Source of the DNA: Blasia pusilla
Lineage: Eukaryota
Direction: 5' to 3'
Assembly: GCA_050084515.1 (NCBI GenBank)
Contig: CM114271.1
Span: 20,274,001 to 20,338,000, forward strand
Length of the DNA stretch: 64,000 nucleotides
The notes below the pieces were generated by a model, which was given only the letters and a program-made list of their open reading frames with translations, made no database searches and was not told the origin of the DNA. How positions within the stretch are numbered: position 1 is the stretch's first letter; every line of letters starts with the position of its first letter. Below are positions 26,101 through 38,676 of this stretch, piece after piece. A program made the position numbers and the translations under genes.

Positions 26101-29100
26101 CACCATGCTCCACATTCGAAAAATGAACATGTGCTACTCTAGCCCCCTTCGCACTCTCTGCTCGAACGACGTCCCAGGAAGTCCATGGGTGCCTATCTCT
26201 CCTCGTCTCGCCCCCTGCCAATGCCTATACAGACCCTGTAGGCAATGGTCCAACTCGTGGACGTGACGGCATGGATGACACTTGCATCCGTCTTGGCTCA
26301 GCCATACCTCGGCTGACTATCCATGTGAGACACTTGAGATCCATTGCCTGCCCCAACACCTGTCTCCGAGATGCCTCAGTCATCCCTGGCACCGCCGTAG
26401 TACCGGTAGCAGACCCCATGGCGCGCTCGCGCTCATCTACTGTAGGCTCCTCCTATGCTCCGGTCACCTCATCCCAAATCATGCTTGGCCCTCCTTGACA
26501 AAAGGCATGGGATGCTGGGAAGCTCACCAACATAGGTAAGGCTACCCTCAACTCCCCCACCCTATTGGCCATGGCCAACGGTGGTCTATCATCCCTTGTC
26601 ACCACCTGAGATCGACGCTCTGAGCCCAAAATAGCATCCACTGTGAGATGTGATGCTTTTTGGACTCCATCGTATGCTCGACTCAGTACCTCTGATGGTA
26701 TCAGGTTCGTCCATCACAGTCGTGGATAATGGGCACGTGATCCAACTCTCGCCGTATCTAATAACACAACAGGTCCCAACCAGGACCTCACCTGATACAC
26801 ACTCGTCATCACACGTGCACGAGTGTCTCCCAACAATGGCACGTTCTCCAAGATGTACGTTGGAGAACATGTCTGACTCTCCTACAAGTGTCGTACTACT
26901 CGTAGCATCTCCCAAAACATCCATGACCTCGGATCCTGCAATCCAAATCCTCGGCCAACTGATGAATGACCCTGACATGGCCATCCAGCAATCACCAAAT
27001 GAATGGTGCCAACTCTATCCAAATCCTGCGCCCCCACCAAAGATATGTTGGCGGGTGGTGTATGCTGATATCCCCATACTGAAGATACCGGCAACAACTC
27101 AGGATACCTCTGGACTAATCTCGCCATGTGACGTAATGATACTCGCCGCGCGGTCTCATGTCTCTCCACATAAAGGTACTGATGCACCCGTATGCCCGCC
27201 TGAAATACTACAGCCAATCCGATGCTAATCCCTCCGAAGAGATCTAACACCCTAACACCCTCCTCTGGGCACTGCCACACAACGGGTGTGGTATCCAGTG
27301 GGGTCAACGTCTCCACGCCAAGAGCCCGATCGCCACGTGACTCTCGCTGCTCCGGGATAAAAGCATGACTCCAAGCCTGCCTCACGAGGTTGTCGGCACT
27401 CCTCTGTAGCTCTCGAGTCGTACCCCACAATGGTGAAGAGGTCTTGCCAACATGGGAAGAGACACCCGCCATGGCCTGTCTCTACGTGGGACTATCCGCT
27501 ACTGGGACATCCTTCGCATGTGCGTTCCCCTCCAACAACTCTCCTGGCCAGCTAACACTACCTGTGAAAGCCGCCAACGTGGTCACAGACTCGCCTCGTG
27601 ATTGACCATCTCGTCCCGCAAACTGCACGGGTAACTGACTCATCGGGCCATCACCTGACCGCCATCCTGGCCGATAAGCAACAATCTACTCCCAGAAGTC
27701 AAGGATGAATCCTAGGGGATATAACACTGTACTTTCCACCAACACATCGTACGACTCAGCTGGTGTCATAATCACACGTGTGCGCACCATAGCACTATCC
27801 GTCTCATATACTGTGTGGGTGACACGCCCCCAATCGAGGTATGTATCTGGAAGGGACAAGGCTCAATGTCGGCCTTCCGTAACCCCAACGCTAAACACGC
27901 CGCCTTCCCTAACATCAAGGGTTGCGCTCCTGATTCAAGTAGGACGCGTTGCGGGTGGTATACTATCGTTGTCGGACTAACCAAGCGAAATACTCTAGCT
28001 CGATTATCCAGTAGCACTACTCCAGGTGTCACCACTGCTCGCTCTATGGACGGTCGAGTTGGCATATCTACCAACTTCGCCGCCGCCGCATGCCATGACT
28101 CGGTGGGGAACGTCCCAAGCACCGGCTCTGAGGGCACGTCCACCACCTCCTCAACTACCTCTTAACAAGAAGCAGTCATCTCTCCACGCTCACACAACGT
28201 GGCGGCCAACCGGAACACCTCAGCTGGTCCAACTCCCAACTTCGCCAACTCTATGGCGGAAAATAGTGGAGTTTGACACACTCTGGTGGCCACCTCCAAC
28301 ACTATGGTCGACACTGACTCCACTCGAGCCGGCATAGGAGTTGTCATTCCAACTCCTCGTGACGTCGACATAGGTGCCTGAGCTGTAGGCACTGCTGGTC
28401 GTCGAGGCACCATCGATGGTGTGTGTAGTGCCTCCGACAATGTGAATGACTGTGGAACTCTGGCCTGCCGCCCATCGGTCCCCTCTTGTGGGTCAATCTC
28501 AACTCCACCTCTCAATGGCTCGGTGCCTCTTGTAGCACCCCGAGTCACCACTGCAGCTGCCTCAACCTGGGCTGCACTACACATAAATCCCATACTGGCG
28601 AAATCCTCACCCAGGTCAGGGTAAGAGGTAGAAGCAGGAGTCACACTAGTTGCTCGCAGCTCCGTGCCTTCCCTAAGCTGCATCATCGTCATGGCAACAA
28701 TCCTCTGCTCCAACTGATCGATGCATGAGAGAAGTGTCGGCTCTGGTGCTCCTGCGCCATCTCCTCTGGCTGGTGGTGGTCCTCTACCACCACGTCCAGG
28801 AAGGACTCCCCGACCTGCTCCAGGACGACCGCCCCCAAGCCCTCGGCCTACCTCTGGACGTGCCCCTCGGCGAAGGTCAAAACATCTATCCCTAGTGTGA
28901 CCATATCTGTGGCAATAGTCACATTGGTGCTGTGGTGGGACCATCCTCTATGGCTCTTGAGCAATTGGAGGCGTTGGTGGTCCTCTCCCATGCTGTGGGC
29001 AGTCTTTGTGCCTATGGGCCCCTCCACACGTCCAACAAGACCACATCGGTCCCTGTTGGGCAACATATGTAGGTACGGGTCGTTGTCTCATAGGCTCACG

Positions 29101-30140
29101 GTACACCGCCGCTCTCGGGCACACCTTGGCCCGCTCCCGTGGAAATCTTGGTGCTTCTTTGTGGGTACTGTGGGGTCACCGTCGCTCGTGGACCCCTCGA
29201 CTCTCGAGAAAATCCAGCGGTCACTACCTGCTCCTCACTCATGTTGAGCTCAATACGATCGACAACTCAAAGACCACCTTCAATGGGCTGGGCTTTGTGT
29301 GAATCAAAGACCGCATCTCGGACTCTCCTCCGTAGTTCTCGGTCTAGAACCCTGTACCAATGCTGGACTGACTGTGCCTCAGTCACTCCAAACGTAGCAA
29401 TGATCAGCCTCCTCATGCGTGTGAATGCCTCTCTCAGACTCTCACCCGATCGTCGCTGAAAATCATGTAGACTCTTCAGCTTGCCGGTGCGTACGCCCTG
29501 GTAGCTCTTCCCCAACTGTCAGAAGAACTCCACTATGGGGCTGAAGCTAGGTGGCCCTCTACCACCAGAGGTCTCTGCCACATCGCCTGTCTCACTGCAC
29601 TCCTCTCCATCTAGTCTCCGGGCTGATGGTGTGGGTCTCTCTCCTCTCACAATCCCATCATATGCCTCGTGACCACTAGTGGACACATACCCTGGAGCCC
29701 AATACATCCTCCAGGCATCAATCTCTACTGAATATAGTGATCGAAACTCCATGTAGTCATCCATCGGAGGACCCTCCAAGTGCTGGAACAACCCCTTCCA
29801 TGCCATGAAAGGGTTGAACCATGTCGGGGTCCATATCTCCTAGAAGTCCTACCAGGTGTCGAACTCCTGGATAAAATCATCTAAGTCAATGGTGCCCACT
29901 GCACCCGAGAAATGACGCATGCCCCGATGGCCCATGTCGTCCATCTCCTGCCAAGTACTCTCTGTCTCTCATGCGTGTTCTCGTCACGGACCGGTGTCTA
30001 GTGATGACGATCCAGCCACGGATGGATGTCGAGGTAGCTCCTCACTGGTAACCCCTCAGTATCTCACTCCACTCCGTGTCACACCACTACTACTGCTCGC
30101 ACTACCCCGTTCTTCCGAACCCTGGAAGAACGCCGTGATG
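23148..30140 (-). pseudogene. gag-PR-DNMT-RT-RH-IN pseudogene of copy 2
   Basis: Minus-strand ORF pieces: CWTCGGAHRHKDC and CDYCHRYGHTRDRC knuckles; RVLLESGAQP; VRVLDLFGGI...AGWPCQG; RRQVLGQAMD; YIDD; TDHQPLRWL; WSLDFAGPL, VLTDQGTEF, LAERVVQTVK. Confidence 0.9.
26270..27265 (-). pseudogene. DNMT3-like methyltransferase domain (copy 2)
   Basis: EEGVRVLDLFGGISIG, YLYVE, HLVIAGWPCQGHS, ILENV (minus strand, ~26845-26860), ERAMG, RRQVLGQAMD. Confidence 0.9.
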
Positions 30141-31142
30141 ACAAACCCGGTCTCACCCGCTCAAGCACTCAGACTCACCGAGAGTCTCCCACACGCCTCA
30201 CTAGCTCACCTATGCTAACATCAATCATGTGATGACATACCCGGCCTCACGCACACTCAACACTCGGGCTCACCATGAGCCTCCCAATTCACTCACCTAA
30301 CCTAGCGACACTCTCTCGGGTCATGCACACGACCCCTACTCGGCAATCGCCGTATATCCACCAACATGCTACACATGAATAGAATCTACACTCGTCACCA
30401 TCACTACACCCACCTAGCATCAGCTACTACCCGATACCCAACACTCTCAATCACACACGACAAGTGCGGGAAAAGGGACTCGAATGGGTAACCTGATCAC
30501 GCCCTCCAACCTGCCGCTGTCAACATGCACTCCTCCACGTGATATCACAACCTCCGCAACACAACACTCTCCTCGACCAACACGTCGATCCTCTCGTCAA
30601 CAGATGCGGACAACCCGTCGGCATCATGCGCACTGCCCCTCCATCGTCAACTCTCGCAACGCCCTGTCGCGCCCCAAAACATCATGTCACGCAAATCTCT
30701 CCGTCCATCCCCACACGCGACATGTAACCTGACTCACCCTGGTCTGGCTCCACTCCTACCACGTACGCCCTGTCCGACCACGTGAACATGACCCCGACCA
30801 CATCCGCACTCTCAACCACGTAGCTCAATATCATCCACGTCCGCTGTCCAACTATGTCGGTCACTCACCACGTCAAGATCCTCCCCGCCACCACGTTACC
30901 TAAATGGAGGGAACCTTGGCCCGCACCCCTATGGCTCCCTTGGGCCTTAAATGCGGGGAAAAACGGGGGGGGTGGCCCGCACCCCTATGGGCCTCCCCAA
31001 CTTTTGGGGAGAGAAATAAATGAGGGGGAGGGACGTCCAACCCGTGGGGAGGCGCGCCCCCACCCCCCCTTCCCCCCCCTCTCCTCCCGCAGGGAGGGAT
31101 CCCTGCGGGAGGAGAGGGGGAAAAGGGGGGGGGAGGGGCGCT

Positions 31143-31444
31143 CCTACGTGTGGGTGAGGTATTACCGACCGGAGTCCTCATGTTGGAGGGACGGGATTGT
31201 ATGGTTTGGAAGGATCATGTGCGCAATTGTGCGCCATGTCATCTTCCGAACGTATATGGGACGGTGGATCCGAGCTTGGCAGTGGTACCTGTAGACTTGA
31301 GGTGTATGTTGTGCGGATCTGCGAGGGGTGCAGCCACCATGTTGGTATGTGATGGTTGTTCTCGAGCGTGGCATATATCATGTCCGACCCCCCCCTCTTG
31401 ATGTGGTTCCCACGGGACGATGGATGTGTCCGAGATGTGTATAG
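31143..31444 (+). pseudogene. integrase C-terminus and PHD finger of copy 2
   Basis: VLPTGVLMLEGRD...KDHVRNCAPCHLP...CMLCGSARGAATMLVCDGCSRAWHISC...GRWMCPRC, with one frameshift. Confidence 0.85.
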
Positions 31445-32199
31445 GGCAGTAGGTCATGTCAGAGAGATGTGATATTTTCTATCTGGAGTTGGGGGATCCA
31501 ACTCCAGATAGATTTTTACTACTCTTTATTTTTGTTGTGTGATCTCCATGTATATGTATGAGTTGATTTTTGTACATGTGTGGATCGACCCGTGTGTGGG
31601 GAAGATCGGTGTTGTGTGGTGTAGATGTGATTAGCGATGTATGTTGTGTAGCGATATGTATGCGCACGACAATGCGCATTGTCAATGATTGAGTGTAAAG
31701 TTATGGCCATTCTCAGAGGGTTGCCAAAGTCGTCATGTGAGGAGCAATTTTTTAATTTTCCTTAGTAATTCCTTAGTTTGGAGTAGAAAAGTCAAAAGTT
31801 TTGGGTTTGAGTGGAAACATGAGTGAAAACCTTTTATTAGAGGGAATATAATGAAAATATTTGAAGGATGTTGATCCAAAATTTTGGGGCTAGTGGAATA
31901 TGAACTAAATTTGAGATAATTTTAATGGGTTGATCCCTAGGTTGATCCTTTTTCAAGAGATTAGTGGAGTGGAAAAAAAAACAATCAAGATTGGCTCTTA
32001 AGGTTAAAATATATTCCTTGTGCACACATGGGTACCCATGTATGAAATGACATAACTATCGTTCACCATTCATTAATCATGTACCATTCAACCATCTTTG
32101 TATATTTTCTGATTGTCAAGCATCCAAATCTTCCATGGGCGCATAAGGGAGAGTTTGCAAGAGGCATTTACTCTCCTACATCATTTAATTAGTGTCACT

Positions 32200-34150
32200 C
32201 AAGAGATGATAGAGACCCATGTTGTCTAGGCATGTTATGGAATATTGGAGCGAGACCTGCGAAGATGGATGAGAGATATGACACATTTACATTGCATCTC
32301 ACCTACTTTGAGAGAACGTTTTTGAGTTTGTTGAGTGTAGTGAGCACAATATGATCAAAGAGAGTGTGGCAGCCTTGAGCTATGCAGGGAAGGTTCCACG
32401 AGTGTCTACAAGGGTAGCAACAAGTATCTCGAGAGAGGAGTATGGTAGTGCAAGCCTAGGAAGATTATCAAGAGCATGTGCCATATGCATAGAGACCTAT
32501 GCCATTAGATGCAAGTCAATAAAAACCAAGAGGTTTTTGTTATGCATGTGCTGAAGCCCATCATTAGTAGGATTACCCGTGGTAGGGTAGTGGACACTTG
32601 TGCCAAATTGTGGGAGTACATTGGCTCCCATCATGAGTGTTTTAGTGTGACCATTGTCAACGGTATGGTTACACTTGAGTAAGAATATGTAAGATGTTCT
32701 AGTTTATACCTTGAGCTACGTCCGGATCGAGTGCTAGCTAGAGAGGGAACTAGAGCGAGTTGGCGGTCCAAGTGGGGCAAGAGGTCATCCACAAGTGGTA
32801 CTGTAGGAAAACAAGGAGTTGGATATGTCCGTGGGGGATGTGGATATGCCCGTGGGGGAGGTAGAGTCCACCACCTAGATGAGTTGAGGGGGACTATGGG
32901 CATAAGGTTTGGATGGCTGCTCAAATAGAGCAATTATAACAAAAGATTGTAACGATGGCATTGAGATTATCAGATGTTGGGTCAAATGGATCGACCTCAT
33001 ATAGAGTAGCTAAGGATAAAGGGGATCCCAATTGGATGTGCAAGACTACGTAGATAGAGGTAATTGTTGTGGAGCAACCAAAAAGTTAGATCCATAGAGA
33101 GGTGAGGCAAGGAGACAAACCAAGCTTTCTCATTTATTTTCATTCTTCAAGGTGATGGATTCTGATTAGGGGTCCCAAAGGTTGGATGGTGTTCGTGTGA
33201 AGGTTGTCTTGACTATTATGATGGATCGACGAGATCTAGTAGAGCGCCTTCCAAGATACTGGAGAACAGCCTCATGAGGTCTAGATTCAGCTGGTGAGGG
33301 CATGAATTACCCGAGAGAGCAGGTTTCCCCTTTATTTAGGCTCATTTGGAGCCATATTGAGGAACATACTATTTCGGGTAAGTTACCATTTTTGGAATAA
33401 TTGACTGTCCACTTTGGGAAGTGGCCCTTGACCCGCTACAGTAGGTCAAGAGCCAAGGAGATGACCTGCAAGCATAGGTTACCGTATAGAGGGCTTGGGA
33501 GAGGGAAGAGGGTATACCTCCAAGAGAGAGAGCTTGAGAGCTCATTCTCTCTTTCTTGAACCTCTTGGCATGAGGCGGCAGAGCTATGGTTCTCCTTGCC
33601 TTGTGTGTGTAACCCAAGCCTCTCATTAGGAGAGTGTGTTTGGTTTGACATGAGAGAGAGTGCACATCATGGAGAGCTTGGTGTGAGACCTTGTTGTTGT
33701 GATGGAGAGATTTGATTGATTTAATTGGAGATATTATGGTTCTTCTTGTCTCGTTTTCTGGATGTCATGAGTTAGCATGGGATCATGTGTGTTTGTGTGT
33801 ATGTTCGGTGATAGCGATGTATGTTATGTAGCAATATGTATGCGTAGGACATGTGCCTATATGGGCTTCAAATAAGGGGCTTCGACGCTTAGCCGATGAG
33901 CACATGCTTATGGCATGGAGTGAGTTTTTTTGCACCAAACCGCGATGGGTCAGAGAAACCTAAGGTAGCAGGGAAGGCTATGATGTCACCCTTAAACACC
34001 ACACCGATTTGTAGTATATTCGAGAAGAGGGTATTGGATGTTGGATCTCCTTGGAAGGATCAACGGTTTGGTTGTTGTGTATAAGCAAGATTGCATGTAT
34101 AACAATACTTGTATATGGAGCCTCATGAGGTTCCAAGACGTATCTCACTT
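32200..34150 (+). mobile_element. old, heavily decayed internal fragment of the DNMT-gypsy family
   Basis: 32650-33150 is collinear with 8165-8700 (HCQRYGYT, GAGCTACGTCCGGATCGAG). 34020-34060 is a decayed EEGIRVLDLFGG. Interrupted by a solo A-B unit. Confidence 0.6.
33205..33851 (+). mobile_element. solo A-B terminal unit (family 1-related)
   Basis: TGTC...GACA, collinear with 14579-15220 including the A|B junction TTTAATTGGAGATA. No clear TSD. Confidence 0.8.
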
Positions 34151-34356
34151 TGAAATAACTCTAATAAGTAATAAGGTATCGATATAATCGATATCGATCT
34201 CCTCTTCTCTTGTCAATTTAGGGTCCATATTTGTTTTAATTCTCCATTGTGGCTATGGTAGGACTCTCTAGCATGCGTTTTGGCGGGTATGGTACAACCT
34301 TATCAACATTGACAAAATTCAACTCTCCCTAATAGCCAACTTATACATCTCATCTC

Positions 34357-34621
34357 TAAGGTTGCACACAAATGGGACAGGCATATCCACACATATCCAC
34401 CGACATGTTGCCTAGGTACTCGTGGCGCATATTCGAGCCCACCTTTGGAGCCTGCCAAGCCCCTAGTGGATGCTTGGGCTAGCCAAGCCCTTACCCATTT
34501 TGTGGCCCGCGGCCAGGCTTGTAGGGCAGGCTTAGGCCCATGCAAGGATTGCACTTAGCGGGTTGGGCCCCCATAGAGCGGGCTCGCGAGCCCGTGTCGA
34601 ATATACGCGAATATAACCTAA
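34357..34621. mobile_element. GC-rich non-autonomous DNA transposon remnant (hAT-like MITE family)
   Basis: Starts TAAGGTTGCACAC like the TIR at 51202. Interior is GGGC/GCCC-rich and similar to 52305-52728. Confidence 0.4.
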
Positions 34622-36591
34622 AGCAAAGGTACCAACAAGGTTCAAGTATGCAGAAGCTAATCTCAAGACACGATGCCTTAGAGGGAAAGAGTAGAAGGGT
34701 TTAGTTATGCAAACTATGGTTGCATAACTAAATGACGTCCAATATCCAAAATTAATGGAATCTACCCAAAAATAGGAGGGATGCTCCAGTCCAACATTCA
34801 CCCTCCTCAAAATCTCGTATGGCACCAAGTTAGTACACTAAAGGCGCAAATAGTATGCTCGTGAACCTACACTCACCACATCCAAAATATTGCTAGGCTA
34901 ATCCATGCACGAACTTGATGTGCACTCGTCACGACTATTACTCGAGAATCGCCCAAAATTGGAATATTCTTTATAATTTAAGTTGGCGAACGAGTTTGTT
35001 GCCCATGCAAATACCGTAAGATCCTCATTACCTCCCAAAATAATCTGGACCAAAGGTCATTTAAACCGCCACCTCATCCAACACTTGATCAGCCTTTATA
35101 TGGCCAATTTGCAAGGACCGAATCAATGCCCCATCCAATCCAAATCGTGCGCCTACAACAAGGAAATGTCCCTCGATAAGGATTCATGAAGCCTCGTAAC
35201 CTTGCACAACCGATGCATATAAGAAGTTGAGAAAATTCAAGCATGTTGATGAGTCCAGGGATCCGCATTGAGAATGAGAACGCGCAGGAGTACCCTTACC
35301 CCAAAAGTGTCAAGAATCCAAAATGGAAATCGACAATTAGAGCATAATGAGAATTTGTTACTATTTTTTACTCCATCGACATGTGATGTATCAACACATA
35401 TGTATTGATACATGATCTATAACATAAACCAACAACAAGAGGAAAAATGTATATGCATGAAAAAATTTAATAATCAATACCTTAAAGAAATCGAGACTTA
35501 TCTCAATCTTTAGTTTTTGTAAAATATACAACTTTTGTTTGAATTTTCTCTCACAACCAAATTGATTATGCGCAATTGTTTGGAGTTTTTGTTTATTTCA
35601 TGGAATTGAATCAAACTTTGTGTAGAAAATGGTTTTGTTATCCTTAGTCAGTCACTAGATAAGTCCAAACCTTCCAAGATCTTATCCATGACTCTTGGAA
35701 GTTATGTCAAGGCATTTCTTAACCCAAATTGTAAGATCCGCCACTAGTTCAAATAATCCTTCCCTTAAGGATAGATTCCCATAAATGTAGTCTTCCATAA
35801 GTAATCCATTTTGATGCTCCTCACAAAGTTGTTTACTAACTATAGAATTCTCTTCCAAGCAAAGAAACTTTGGCAAACACCATTGACCTTGAGGACCGGA
35901 TAGGAAGGTCTAAGATATTTTCCAATGTGATCCTCGTGATGCACTTAATGAGTGCTATCCCTTACAGATAGGAAAGTATACTTAAAGTTGGGTTCCCCGT
36001 ATGACCATCCCAATTCGAGATAGTGTTAGATGTTGCAACCAATTTGTGGCCTGATTTTGAATTTTTTAATCGCCATTTGTTTGGAGGTTCGGAGAACACT
36101 AATACAATTGGGAGTAACACGGCGAGAGGAAGGCATGATCTAACATGGTGAAGAATAACAATCTATTCTATTCCGCGTTAAAGAGAGCATGAACACTAAT
36201 ACAATGGAGTAATTGGGAAATTTCTATTCATCCGATCATTGAAAAATTCATTTTGGAGGGTTGAGAACTCTACAGAATTACTTGCATTCTGCACGCTTTG
36301 CAGTGGGAATCGAGAATTATAGGGGCCGTAACTAGAGACTCCGCAGGCTCTAACCATAGAAGTCACGCCACATATCCTAATGGCAAGTTTTAGATTTGAT
36401 GACTATGCTAGAATTACCATTGAAGATTGAATGTGAGTAAGCCCATGAAGACATGAGAACTTCAGATGACAGAAGAACTGGACCAACAGTTGCCTAGGAT
36501 CCTAACAGATCAATTGAGATATGAAGCCACAATTAAATATTCTGTGCTTGGCTTGATTTTGGAATACTTACGCATGAACATTGAGATCATT

Positions 36592-36914
36592 CAATAAAAA
36601 TAAGAGTAAAACCAACACACACGGCCTAAAACTCCACTCATGTATCTACATCGGCATATCGAGCCTCATCCACTCCTTGTTATCAAGAAATTCGGACACT
36701 ACCACCATGATCACATCTCACACACAAGCAAGAGAGGTGCTCCAACGACCCAACATGAGAAAGATGGCTCGAGAAAGCCATCTTCCTCCTTTATATAGGT
36801 TTGGAAAGAGCCAAAAGGCTCTTCCCCTAAAAATAGCAATCCTCTTGGTAACCTATGGGCACAGGTTATCAAAGGCGGGTGACCTACTAAACAAGTCCCC
36901 AGTTGTCAAAGACT
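36592..36914 (-). mobile_element. fragment of family 2 repeat A
   Basis: Reverse complement of about 22810-23133. Confidence 0.8.
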
Positions 36915-36949
36915 AAGTACAAAAAAGCAACCAATGCAGTATATGTGGC

Positions 36950-38676
36950 GGTGTGACTTCATCGATTACTTGCTAAGATTGATGTTAGTAACTTAGGACT
37001 TAGCATAATACATACAAGCAATATGAGTAGCTTGACTAATAACCTCGTGTTTCATGCTCGAATAAAGCATGTTTATATGCACTATCACTTTATCAGATAG
37101 AAAATGCTTACACAAGAAATTGATCTTGTGTATATGGCAAAAAAATTGCAAACTTGTCACATATGAGTAGCCAATAGGCCGAGATCTATCGTGGATAGGG
37201 CGTAGGAGCCAATGGACTATCTTGAGTGTAACTTTGTCCCACGGTGTCGGATGAGGTTAAGGATAGTCCATTGTGTCAGGAACGTCGTTTCACACAACTT
37301 TCATGTTGAGATCTTTCATAGTCGGGCGACTTGTTGACCAGGTCACCCACCCCTGGTAACCTGTGCCCGTCAGGTTACCAAGGGGATAACTATTTTTAGG
37401 TGAAGAGCCTTTTGGCTCTTCCCAACCCTACATAAGAGAGGAAGATGGCTTTCCTAAGCCATCTTTCTCATGTTGGGCCGTTGGAGCACCTCTCTTGTAT
37501 GTGTTTGAGATAGGACTAGGGTGCTAGCGTCCGGATTCCTTGATAGCACAGGGTGGACGAGGCTCGATATGCCGATGTAGGTTAAGGAGTGGAGTTTTAG
37601 GCCGGGTGTGCCATTTTTACTACTCTTTATTTTTACATGAAAAAGATGTCAGGGGACTGGTGGGAATTCGTTGTTTGGAGGTAGGCAAGCGAGTTGCCTT
37701 GGTCGGGAGCCCCTGGAGACGCGTATGTTGCGGGTGTTGGTAATTTTTCTGTTCAGAAGGCCGTGGGCGGAAGCGCTGTACATTTTTCTCAGATTTTGCT
37801 AGTGCGGATTGACGGGGGACAGCAGCCGAGTGTAGTGTGTGGTGGGGCATCAAGTGTACGCGATTGAGGGTGTCGAGAGAGAGAAGAAAAGGGCAGGTTT
37901 GGGTCTTGCAGCCGCCGGGGGGTTATCAAGTAAATGCGGCTAGGTTAGGTCACGAAGGCTAGGTTTAGGGCGTAGAGGACGCGCGCGAACAGAGGACGGG
38001 CGCGAAAGGGCGGAAGGGCCACGAGCGTGAACAGGCGAACACCCCCCTCCCCTCGCATTTACTCCCCCTCCCTACGCGTTTAGTATCCCATAGGGGTGCG
38101 GACCGGAAGGCCCCCCGCATTTACTACCTTTTTTGCGAACGTGGTTGGATGGCAACGTGGTAGGGTTCAGGATGTGGTGACCATGTTAATAGGTTGGAGC
38201 TGCTTACGTAGTTAGGAGAGTTACATGGTTAGGGTGAAGATGGACCCTCTATATTGATGAGTTGACAACGGAGAGTTAGCTTTACAAAGATATTGTCTAA
38301 AGATAAGCTTGAGATGTTTAAAAACGATTTTGGTGTTAGAGATATCAATATATGCTTGAGGGGGAGTATCGAAGAATGAGTTATAGTCAAGCTCATCAAA
38401 CAGCCGAACTATTACATTTGGTATTCACATGAAGTAGGGAAGCTTAATCTTGGTTAGTTCGTTAAGTATGATTATCTGAACTAGGATTAGTTAACCACAG
38501 TTACTATAACTCAAGACTATGGTTAGCATTAGGGTTAGGGTTTCTTGTACATACCTTATATAATTGAGAAGGGGATCAGCCTCCACTCATTCTTTCATTG
38601 CAAAATTTCATTCTCCATGGTGGTGGTGTGTGAGAGCCGTATCACATCACTTATGCTCGTTTATCAATTTTCTGTA
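36950..38676 (+). mobile_element. Ty1/copia 3' remnant (RNase H, PPT, LTR), interrupted by a family 2 fragment
   Basis: RNase H-like sequence at 36950-37150 resumes at ~38280 and is similar to 51480-51750. PPT GAGGGGGAG at 38358-38366. LTR 38367 to ~38676 is similar to 49657-49975. Confidence 0.75.
37155..38279 (+). mobile_element. 5'-end fragment of DNMT-gypsy family 2 (A1, PBS, 5' UTR)
   Basis: Starts TGTCACATATGAGTAGCC, nearly identical to 22654-23147. PBS ACATGAAAAAGATG at 37635. The UTR at 38040-38130 matches the reverse complement of ~30945-31030. Confidence 0.85.

Larger units (their letters stand above)
22654..31671 (+). mobile_element. DNMT/PHD Ty3/gypsy element (copy 2, family 2) with an inverted internal region
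   Basis: TGTCACA...GCGCACGACA flanked by ATGC (22650-22653 and 31672-31675). A1 22654-23133 and PBS 23134-23147 are on +. Gag-pol and the 5' UTR are inverted (23148 to ~31140). The integrase tail and PHD resume on + (31143-31444), then an A remnant and B2 (31534-31671). Confidence 0.85.

Noticed and set aside
30900-31140. G/C-run-rich stretch as a G-quadruplex or novel ORF (30854-31294)
   Set aside because: It partly matches the reverse complement of the family 2 UTR at 38040-38130 and may be low-quality sequence. The ORF spans an inversion breakpoint.
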